Below are positions 27,438-34,468 of a stretch of DNA of 34,468 bases, piece after piece. The stretch lies in the IMG/VR virus record IMGVR_UViG_3300004097_000024, positions 1 through 34,468 of that record; one strand, written 5' to 3'. Every line of letters begins with the position of its first letter. The stretch's first letter is position 1. The notes below the pieces were generated by a model that saw nothing but the letters and a program-made list of their open reading frames with translations, was not told where the DNA came from and ran no database searches. Source of the DNA: a virus. Lineage: Duplodnaviria; Caudoviricetes. A program made the position numbers and the translations under genes.

Positions 27438-27731
27438 TTAAAAGCTATCTACATTGGTTTTTAATTTGAATTCATTAAATGATGCATCCTTTACTATCAT
27501 ATTATATAAAAAATCTTTTCTGTCATTAAGGCTTGCGACTTGGTTTTCATTATTAAAATTATATTTAAAAGATAAATTATAAATAATATTATTATCCATT
27601 TCAGTAAAAAATTCATCGTTTACTATATCAAAGCAAACATCAAAATCATCAGCATCCACACTTTGAAACCTTTCTTTTAGCTTGCCGTATATTTTGAATT
27701 TAATTTTTAATAAGTCTTCTTTATTTTGCAT
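27438..27731 (-). CDS. Hypothetical protein, ends KLKTNVDSF
   Basis: 97 aa, overlaps upstream gene. Confidence 0.65.
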   Translation of the reverse strand: MQNKEDLLKIKFKIYGKLKERFQSVDADDFDVCFDIVNDEFFTEMDNNIIYNLSFKYNFNNENQVASLNDRKDFLYNMIVKDASFNEFKLKTNVDSF

Positions 27732-28095
27732 CGGCTTCTTCTTTTTGTCTTTTCATTTCTTCCAATAATTTTATTTCTCTTAATGCAATATAAAATTCAT
27801 TCTTTACATTCTCATCTTGAAATAAATCAGATGGAACAGAAGACAAGCCAAAGCACATCAGCACCTCAACAAATTCAATAAATCCTTGCTTATTTGAAAA
27901 CTCTGTAAAGTTCATCGTGTTGTCTTCTAAATCAACGCATAAGAAAACAAAATTAAATTGACCATCAACACAAACTAAAGGGTGCTGCTTATGGTTTTTG
28001 AAATATGTTGACAAATCTTTTTTGTCTTCTTCATTAAATCGAAAGCTTGAAATGTTTTTAATTATTGTATTATTTATTTTGATATAGTTTTCCAT
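27721..28095 (-). CDS. Hypothetical protein
   Basis: 124 aa, AAGGAG RBS; promoter with motif variant 28157-28168. Confidence 0.7.
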   Translation of the reverse strand: MENYIKINNTIIKNISSFRFNEEDKKDLSTYFKNHKQHPLVCVDGQFNFVFLCVDLEDNTMNFTEFSNKQGFIEFVEVLMCFGLSSVPSDLFQDENVKNEFYIALREIKLLEEMKRQKEEADAK

Positions 28096-28177
28096 TTTTA
28101 AAATCTCCTTTTTCTATTTCTATTTTTATTATATATTATAATATAATTAAATCAATACCAACGCATAAAAAAAAGAC

Positions 28178-28348
28178 AAAAAAAACACAAAGGAAACAAA
28201 AGGAATTCATTTAAAACTTTGTGCAAAAAAAAATATATAACTATTTTTATTTTAATATAAGGTGAAGACGATCAAGGCAGGACATTGATTAAAGGAAATT
28301 TAAAAAAAAACTTGACCGCTTCGTTTTGATAATCGCATAATCATCACC
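28178..28348 (-). ncRNA. Candidate sRNA with two anti-Shine-Dalgarno loops
   Basis: Own promoter, two stem-loops, terminal U-run; only short ORFs seen (14 aa at 28344-28300). Confidence 0.5.
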
Positions 28349-28352
28349 TATA

Positions 28353-28394
28353 AATATATAATAGTTTTTTTATTTTGTCAATACCTACGCATAA
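28353..28394 (-). promoter_or_regulatory. Promoter of candidate sRNA
   Basis: Motif 28383-28394, TTGACA 28381-28376, 17 bp, TATATT 28358-28353. Confidence 0.7.
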
Positions 28395-28420
28395 AAAAAG
28401 CAATCTTATTTGATTGCTTT
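28393..28420 (-). terminator. Intrinsic terminator
   Basis: AAAGCAATC...GATTGCTTT plus T-run. Confidence 0.7.
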
Positions 28421-28441
28421 CTAATATTATTTATTTTATGA

Positions 28442-28693
28442 TTACATTTTAAGTTTAGTTACATTATTTTTTATTGTTTTACATTTTAAACTTTCAATCT
28501 TCTCTTGTAAACATTGCTGAATTGCCTTCTTCTCCTGCTTAATAGGTTTACCTTGTAATTTTGTAAGCTCTGCAATTGAGTTTGCTGAACCCACTTCATC
28601 ATTATAGTCTTTTACATTGTCGAAATCCGCAAGAGGGCTTAAAGCTGCAATAATAGCAGCTGCAAATACTGTGTTTTTGGTTGTGTTATTCAT
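28442..28693 (-). CDS. Hypothetical protein with N-terminal hydrophobic segment
   Basis: 83 aa, AAAGGA RBS. Confidence 0.65.
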   Translation of the reverse strand: MNNTTKNTVFAAAIIAALSPLADFDNVKDYNDEVGSANSIAELTKLQGKPIKQEKKAIQQCLQEKIESLKCKTIKNNVTKLKM

Positions 28694-28841
28694 ATATAAT
28701 TCCTTTTGTTTTTTATTAAGTGTTTAAATTGTCGATAAATTGCATCATAATATAAACTATCTAATTATATTATAGTATAATTATATATTAAATCAACTTT
28801 ATATTTTAATATAGTTAAAAACCCTATTATATAATACGTTC

Positions 28842-29051
28842 TTATAGCTTCCTTAACATTTTTAAGACATCTTTATATGCCTTCTCATCTTTATTTATTA
28901 AATCTTGCATTATTTCAATATCTTTAATTGATGAATATATTTTATTTAATTTGTGAAAGTTTTTAAATCTATCATCACTAAATAACATATTATAATTTTT
29001 TAATTGAATATATTTCTTATGTTTCAATACTTGTTTAACTTGATTAATCAT
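28842..29051 (-). CDS. Hypothetical protein
   Basis: 69 aa, ATGA overlap. Confidence 0.6.
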   Translation of the reverse strand: MINQVKQVLKHKKYIQLKNYNMLFSDDRFKNFHKLNKIYSSIKDIEIMQDLINKDEKAYKDVLKMLRKL

Positions 29052-29410
29052 TTTAAAAAACCTTCAATCTTTTCTCTAATTTCGGAATGCTTAAAATAAT
29101 TTATTATTTTTTCTTTTTCTACTTCATAATTATTTTTATCTCCAAAAGAGAATCCATCAAAAACTTCAAAACTATTTAAATTCATCTTAAAGAATCCTGA
29201 TGCACAAATTTGAACACTAATACAATGATCAAATTTAACTTCTTTATAAATGTTTTTTAATTCATCATCTAAATCTTCTATATTAATAATTATTTTATTT
29301 GATGATATTGTTGAATTTACATTGTAATCATAATAAAAAACAATTTTATTTTTGTATTCATCTATAAAATTTTTTTCTTTTTTTCTTCTTTTTATATTAT
29401 TAAATTTCAT
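29048..29410 (-). CDS. Hypothetical protein, ends EIREKIEGFLK
   Basis: 120 aa, coupled. Confidence 0.65.
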   Translation of the reverse strand: MKFNNIKRRKKEKNFIDEYKNKIVFYYDYNVNSTISSNKIIINIEDLDDELKNIYKEVKFDHCISVQICASGFFKMNLNSFEVFDGFSFGDKNNYEVEKEKIINYFKHSEIREKIEGFLK

Positions 29411-30021
29411 TATAATAAACCTCTCGCCTTTAACTTCTCATCAACCTTTCTTTTTAATTGCTCTTTTGTCGTTTCTTTTTTAGCTGGCTTTTTTGTTGTT
29501 TTAGTTTGCTTTTTTTCTTTTTTGGTAAAATCAAAATCAAGCGATCTTTCATCTTGTTTATGCTCATAAATGAAAAATTGAAAACCTTGATCGGCTTTCT
29601 TAACTTTGATTTTCTCGCCTTCAACCCTTAAAAATTGCTTGTCATCAAAACCATTTGGCACGTAAGGTGTTGATTCGTTATAATCCCAAGGAGCACGATT
29701 TGCCGCATTTTCAATGATATCAAGTAATAGTTTAAATCTATTATCAACATCGCTTGATTGATAATTCACATGCATTTCAACAAATATTTTATAATGTTTG
29801 TTATTATCTAAAACAATATTTTTAATGTAATCATAAGTTAGTTTTTGAAATTCTTTTGATTTTTTGTTTTTAACTTTTATTATTCTTGAACCTGTTTTTG
29901 TAAAATGATAAGCAGAATTAATTGAAACAAGCGGAGTATTAATAAATTGTGATACATAAACCAATTTACCATTTTTATTTTCAAGTAGTTTTAATAATTG
30001 TTCTTTTGTTAAATCTTCCAT
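29410..30021 (-). CDS. rusA: RusA-like Holliday junction resolvase
   Basis: P.VSINSAY, DVDNRFKLLLD, FDDKQ motifs; ATG 30021 after AAAGGA. Confidence 0.7.
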   Translation of the reverse strand: MEDLTKEQLLKLLENKNGKLVYVSQFINTPLVSINSAYHFTKTGSRIIKVKNKKSKEFQKLTYDYIKNIVLDNNKHYKIFVEMHVNYQSSDVDNRFKLLLDIIENAANRAPWDYNESTPYVPNGFDDKQFLRVEGEKIKVKKADQGFQFFIYEHKQDERSLDFDFTKKEKKQTKTTKKPAKKETTKEQLKRKVDEKLKARGLL

Positions 30022-30058
30022 TTGTTTTATTCCTTTTGTATAGTTATATTTTATCATA

Positions 30059-30070
30059 ACCTACGCATAA
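30059..30070 (-). promoter_or_regulatory. TTATGCGTAGGT motif in resolvase operon promoter
   Basis: Exact motif copy just upstream of a TAAAAT -10. Confidence 0.65.
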
Positions 30071-30333
30071 GTAAATACGATGTAATTAATATATATAATT
30101 GATCTCAAAATCAAGATGTCAAGTTTTTATTTAATTATCTTATTTTTTTTATAGTGGGTTCGTTATAAGAAAAATTAGTAGTGGGCTTTTAAAAACATTA
30201 CTGAAAAAGAGAAATAAATGTGTATAAGGTTATTAAAATGATTTTTAAGGTATGTTTAAATATAAAATAGTATTAACATAAGGCTTGATATATTAAAGGT
30301 CTTTTTAAATACATAAATAGAACAAATAAATAA

Positions 30334-30390
30334 AAAACAATCAACACGTAGTGTTGCCAGTGTTGCGTAGCAACCATATCTCTTGACCTT
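30334..30390 (+). repeat. Twin mini-hairpin element copy 2
   Basis: CAACAC-GTA-GTGTTG and GTTGC-GTA-GCAAC. Confidence 0.85.
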
Positions 30391-30411
30391 GCTTTTAACA
30401 CAACAAAATAC

Positions 30412-30583
30412 ATAAATAATAATTAAAAAAACAATATTAGTTATAAGTAATAGTTAGTAAGGCATAAACTCCGCCAAATATCAACGATTTATTAAAAAAG
30501 CTTAGTATAGCAAAGGGCAAAAAAAAGTATAGCAAAGGGCAAAACCTTTTTTTATTATATAATAGTATATTAAAGGGCAAAAT
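30412..30583 (+). other. Putative iteron replication origin (inverted repeat arm B)
   Basis: 19-bp repeats AGTATA(GC/TT)AAAGGGCAAAA at 30504, 30526 (22-bp period) and 30564; AT-rich flank; directly upstream of rep. Confidence 0.75.
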
Positions 30584-30638
30584 ATTAATAAAATTAAAAC
30601 CCTTTATTTAATACACTTTTTAATGATTATCAATAATA

Positions 30639-30708
30639 ATATGCGTAGGTATTTGCAATTATATTATTATGTAATATAATAGGTAATATAAAACAAAGGT
30701 GCGCATAA
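30639..30708 (+). promoter_or_regulatory. rep promoter/leader with two motif variants
   Basis: ATATGCGTAGGT 30639-30650, TTGCAA...TATAAT, AGGTGCGCATAA 30697-30708 over the RBS. Confidence 0.6.
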
Positions 30709-30709
30709 A

Positions 30710-31729
30710 ATGACTAAAAAATTTAAATCTTTAACAACTGATCAATCTGTAAGTTCTCAATTCAATACAACAAATATATATCAAGTTATAGATTCAAAAA
30801 GAGATTATAAACTAAATAATTTAGAAGAAAATCAAACAATAAATTGTATAAAAGAAGTTAAATATTTTAGAACTAAAAAACAAACTTATGAATTAAATCT
30901 TGTTCCAATGAATGCAAAAACTGATGAACTTGTTTTATTCTGCTTATTAAGTATTAATGATTTTAATTTTGAAGAATCAACCTCAACTGTTAAAATTTCA
31001 GTTAGAGATTTAGCTGCAAAAATGGGAATAGCAAAAAAGAAACAAAATGACAAAGACACAAAAGAAAGGATTTATAATTCACTTGATAAACATATTGAAT
31101 GTAATATAAAAGTTTTATGTAATGAAAGCCAAGAAAGAAAAGGAAACTTCAATATTCTTTCAAGTTGGAAACAAGAAAAAGATGGCAAAGAAACAATCTT
31201 AATTGTTAATTTTGTTAATGATTTTTTAAACTTTTTCACTTCAACAAACCAATCTTTTTTTGAAATTGAAACATTGTTGAATTTAAAGCTTGAATATTCA
31301 AAAGTATTATTTCCTTTAATAAATAATATTGATTCAAAAAATAATAAAATACAATTGTATTCTTCACCTGTTCGAAATAAATTTAATGATATTAAAAACA
31401 TTAATGATAAAAGCGTAAAATTAACGCCACACCAAAGAAAAAAAATAAATGCTGCATTAAAAGAATTAGCAACAAATAAAATAATAACTGGTAAATATAA
31501 ACTTAATATTGATGATAGCATTTCATTAACTAAAATAAAAGAAGATAATTCAAAAAATACAATTGGAACTACTGTTGAAAGTATTTTATTAATGAAAGAA
31601 GAGACAACAAAACAAAAAGAATTAAAAATGAAAGCAATTGAAAATTTAAATAAAGGCAACTTATCAGTTAAAAATCAATGTCAATTACGAGATAATGCAA
31701 GAAGCCTTTATAATTCATTGACAAAATAA
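30710..31729 (+). CDS. Plasmid-type replication initiator (Rep_3/RepB-like)
   Basis: Winged-helix pattern DELVLFCLL...VKISVRDLAAKMGI...RIYNSLDK...FNILSS...FEIETLLNLKLEYSKVLF; adjacent iterons. Confidence 0.7.
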   Translation: MTKKFKSLTTDQSVSSQFNTTNIYQVIDSKRDYKLNNLEENQTINCIKEVKYFRTKKQTYELNLVPMNAKTDELVLFCLLSINDFNFEESTSTVKISVRDLAAKMGIAKKKQNDKDTKERIYNSLDKHIECNIKVLCNESQERKGNFNILSSWKQEKDGKETILIVNFVNDFLNFFTSTNQSFFEIETLLNLKLEYSKVLFPLINNIDSKNNKIQLYSSPVRNKFNDIKNINDKSVKLTPHQRKKINAALKELATNKIITGKYKLNIDDSISLTKIKEDNSKNTIGTTVESILLMKEETTKQKELKMKAIENLNKGNLSVKNQCQLRDNARSLYNSLTK

Positions 31730-31797
31730 TAATTATGTATTACAATTTAAATTAATAAAGTTTTTTTAATTTTATTTAATTTTCTATTTTTTATTTT

Positions 31798-31830
31798 GGC
31801 TACTAAATTTATTTTTAGTAGCTTTTTTTT
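31798..31830 (+). terminator. Intrinsic terminator after rep
   Basis: GCTACTAAA...TTTAGTAGC plus T8. Confidence 0.8.
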
Positions 31831-31906
31831 AACCTAAAATCAACCACCCCTTGAAATAATATTAATTAAATGTATTATTTAATGACAATATTGGGAGATA
31901 TGATAA

Positions 31907-32563
31907 ATGGAAGATATAAAATTAATAAATGGTGATTGCCTTGAAGAATTAAAAAAAATAGAAGATGATTCAATTGATGTGGTTTTAAGTGATCCACCTT
32001 ATGGAATGTCATTTCAATCAAATTATAGAAAAATAAAACATAAAATTATTAAGAATGATGACTGCTTGGATTGGTTGGAGGATTTTATAAAAGAAATATA
32101 CAGAGTTTCAAAAAATAATACAGGTCATTATTTATTCTGCTCAATTCATAATATTGATTTATTTAAACAGGAAATTGAAAAATATTTTAAAATAAAAAAT
32201 ATACTAATATGGAAAAAGAATAATACAGGGATGGGTGATTTAAAAGGATCTTTTGCACCTAAATATGAAATGATTATATTTTTTCATAAAGGTAGGAAGT
32301 TGATAAATGGAAAAAGAGATTGTGATATATTAGAATTTAATAAAACAAGAAATCAATTACATCCAACTGAAAAGCCTGTTGACTTATTAGAATATTTACT
32401 TGAAAAATTTAGTAATGAAGGCGATGTTTGCCTTGATGCTTTCATGGGTGGTGGTTCAACTGGAGTTGCTTGTAAAAACTTAAACCGTAAATTTATAGGA
32501 ATAGAAATAGATAAAGAATACTTTGATATTTCTGTAAATAGAATTAATAATAATGAAAATTAA
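31907..32563 (+). CDS. DNA N6-adenine/N4-cytosine methyltransferase (beta class)
   Basis: LSDPPY, HPTEKP and DAFMGGGST motifs. Confidence 0.92.
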   Translation: MEDIKLINGDCLEELKKIEDDSIDVVLSDPPYGMSFQSNYRKIKHKIIKNDDCLDWLEDFIKEIYRVSKNNTGHYLFCSIHNIDLFKQEIEKYFKIKNILIWKKNNTGMGDLKGSFAPKYEMIIFFHKGRKLINGKRDCDILEFNKTRNQLHPTEKPVDLLEYLLEKFSNEGDVCLDAFMGGGSTGVACKNLNRKFIGIEIDKEYFDISVNRINNNEN

Positions 32564-32930
32564 TTTTATAAAAAATGGTGATGTTTATACATTCCCAAAC
32601 GACAAACCTCCGCATTGCAATTTTGAAATTAAAGATAAAAATATTATAATAAATAAAATGATAATAAAGGATGTTGATGTTGATTCATATATTGATGTAT
32701 TTTGTGAAACTGAAAATGTTTTTTCAAGCAATAAAGAATTAATTGTTGAAAAATTAAATAATAAAAATAAATATAAATTTAGTTTTAAAGTTGGCTTTTG
32801 TGGTCTTCTTGATTTTGAAGGTGATAATAATATTATAGAAGAATTAATAAAAATATTTGAAAGCTTTCTTGAAATAAAAGAAGTCTTATTACTGAATGAA
32901 GATTGCCCCAATTACGATCCATTTGCATAA
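32553..32930 (+). CDS. Hypothetical protein
   Basis: 125 aa overlapping the MTase stop. Confidence 0.6.
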   Translation: MKINFIKNGDVYTFPNDKPPHCNFEIKDKNIIINKMIIKDVDVDSYIDVFCETENVFSSNKELIVEKLNNKNKYKFSFKVGFCGLLDFEGDNNIIEELIKIFESFLEIKEVLLLNEDCPNYDPFA

Positions 32931-32955
32931 AAAAAGGGGCTTTAAAAGACCCTTT
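32929..32955. terminator. Bidirectional terminator
   Basis: AAAGGGGCTTT/AAAGACCCTTT between convergent genes. Confidence 0.6.
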
Positions 32956-32976
32956 ATTTATTTTTGAATACTATAT

Positions 32977-34449
32977 TTATACTTCTGTTATAGCTTCAAC
33001 CGTTTCATTTTTAACGGCTTCATCTTCTGTTTGAATAAGACTATTCAAAGAATCTTCTTCCGCTTTTTCAAGTAAAAGTGTAATCTCTTCTTCAGTCCAA
33101 TCTTGAGGCAAATAATCAATTGCTTTTAATAACATTCTGCAATGTTCAGCACTAATTAAACCAGCCGCAAACATTCCCATAATTGCGTTGTATTTTTCAA
33201 CATCAACAGTTACACCAATATTTTTATTAGTCATTAAATCAAATTCAACACTTTCTTTTTTCTTCCATTTTAACATGAAATTAACAATTCTTATTAATGC
33301 TTTTTCAAGTTGTGTTGAATATTTTGTTGCTCTCGCATTTGTATCAGCAGATGTTGTGTTGACTTCTGTGGCTGTCATTTTACTATTGCCCGAAATACTT
33401 ATAAATTCGGAACCTAAAACTTCCATTTCCATTTCTAATTTATCAAGTAATTTAATTATCATATCACTTGAATTATTATCAGCTTGAACCCAACTAATTT
33501 TTGCATTTGGATCTTCCGTGGTATACATCACCTTAATTCCAAAAGGTATTTTGTTTTCTTTACCATTTCTTGATTTCTGCTTGAAACCACTGCCAAAAAT
33601 AAAAGGTCTTGATGCTGTATTAACCAAAGAATGATAAAGGCTATTATTTTTCCAGTGAACCAAATTTTTCAAAGCTATGTCGGAATATGGGCAATCTGCA
33701 TCAAGGTTTTTTGAACGAGTTTCAGGGTATAATTCAACAATAGGAATTTCAGTCCAACCTGCCAAAGTTGTTTCACTTTCAAAATTATAATTTTCAATAA
33801 CGCCTTCTTCATAAATACCTTTGTATGTTGTAACTGTAACAATATTTGTTTCGCTTACTTTATAAACATAAACATATTTAACATCTATATCTGCAAAATC
33901 ACTTTTTGGTTCTGTCGTGTTTACTTCATATTTAAATAAAGTCATTTTACCTTTTTTATTTTTTCTTATGTTGTGAACATCTTCTGCATCAATTTCAATG
34001 CAGTATGGATCTTCTTTTGTTGTTCCTTTGTCAAAATTAACCAGCGCATAAGCTGCACCATTAAATGATGCATCCATCATCCATGATTCTGCCCAAGAGT
34101 TTAAATCTTCACCTGCTCCATTAAAGTTTTCAATTATTCTTTTAAGATCTTCATCTTCTGTTTCAAATAATATTTCTTTTTCAAATACACTTGTTACCAT
34201 ATCTTTTACACTTTTTGAAGTTGAATTGTTTAAACTTGTTTTATGCTTTACACGAATATCAAAAGCTTCTTTTGTTTCGTTTGGTTCTAACGGTAAATAG
34301 CTGTTTGGCTTACCTGTTGACATTGCTCGCATTGCATCTTCGCCATCTCTTAAATTTCTTAAAAGTTGTCTTTTACCACTTCCAACATTCGCTCTTTTTG
34401 ATCGTGCTTCAATCTCTTCTTTTGAAACACTTGTGATTTCTTCACTCAT
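32977..34449 (-). CDS. Portal protein (DUF4055/SPP1-like)
   Basis: 490 aa; YLP.EPNE...F..R, NFNG.G.DL, EIPIV, KMTATE motifs; acidic tail. Confidence 0.85.
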   Translation of the reverse strand: MSEEITSVSKEEIEARSKRANVGSGKRQLLRNLRDGEDAMRAMSTGKPNSYLPLEPNETKEAFDIRVKHKTSLNNSTSKSVKDMVTSVFEKEILFETEDEDLKRIIENFNGAGEDLNSWAESWMMDASFNGAAYALVNFDKGTTKEDPYCIEIDAEDVHNIRKNKKGKMTLFKYEVNTTEPKSDFADIDVKYVYVYKVSETNIVTVTTYKGIYEEGVIENYNFESETTLAGWTEIPIVELYPETRSKNLDADCPYSDIALKNLVHWKNNSLYHSLVNTASRPFIFGSGFKQKSRNGKENKIPFGIKVMYTTEDPNAKISWVQADNNSSDMIIKLLDKLEMEMEVLGSEFISISGNSKMTATEVNTTSADTNARATKYSTQLEKALIRIVNFMLKWKKKESVEFDLMTNKNIGVTVDVEKYNAIMGMFAAGLISAEHCRMLLKAIDYLPQDWTEEEITLLLEKAEEDSLNSLIQTEDEAVKNETVEAITEV

Positions 34450-34468
34450 ATTTTATATCTCCCAATAT

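Noticed and set aside
13944-30583. Inverted repeats as transposon ends
   Set aside because: No transposase or site-specific recombinase recognised, no target duplication seen; arms contain iterons
30698-30725. GGTGCGCATAA equals the XerC arm of E. coli dif, and the 12-bp motif resembles it
   Set aside because: No TTATGTTAAAT XerD arm 6 bp downstream here or at other copies; better explained as a motif variant over the RBS
31072-31659. 195-aa antisense ORF and similar antisense ORFs (3152, 9431, 13060, 21795, 32585, 33188)
   Set aside because: Antisense shadows of real genes with F/S/L/I-rich composition and no evident RBS
1-34468. tRNA, rRNA, stop-codon recoding or diversity-generating retroelement
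   Set aside because: No cloverleaf or reverse transcriptase motifs seen; long genes translate intact with the standard code; mismatches between repeat copies are not adenine-specific

Overview
A very AT-rich segment of a tailed (siphovirus-like) bacteriophage genome, probably a phage-plasmid of a Gram-negative host. The minus-strand virion module at 1-10882 encodes a tail protein, tape measure, frameshifted tail chaperones, tail tube, Mu-like neck genes, minor head protein, P22-like coat and scaffold. The portal gene lies about 22 kb away (32977-34449). Between them are scattered lysis genes, a Rep_3-like plasmid replication initiator preceded by an iteron cluster, a second inverted copy of that cluster, two orphan DNA methyltransferases, a RusA-like resolvase, HTH proteins and about 35 small unknown ORFs. 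Main unexplained signals: (1) 14 unrelated small proteins end in the same C-terminal tag, about K-[IL]-x-x-K-[LIV]-x-x-F-stop; (2) two promoter/terminator-bounded units without substantial ORFs, each complementary to one of the phage's two RBS classes (candidate anti-RBS sRNAs); (3) a 172-bp inverted duplication of the origin bracketing the 16.3-kb accessory region; (4) an asymmetric 12-bp motif TTATGCGYAGGT in 14 intergenic, mostly promoter-associated copies. All family calls come from visual motif recognition, not database searches.
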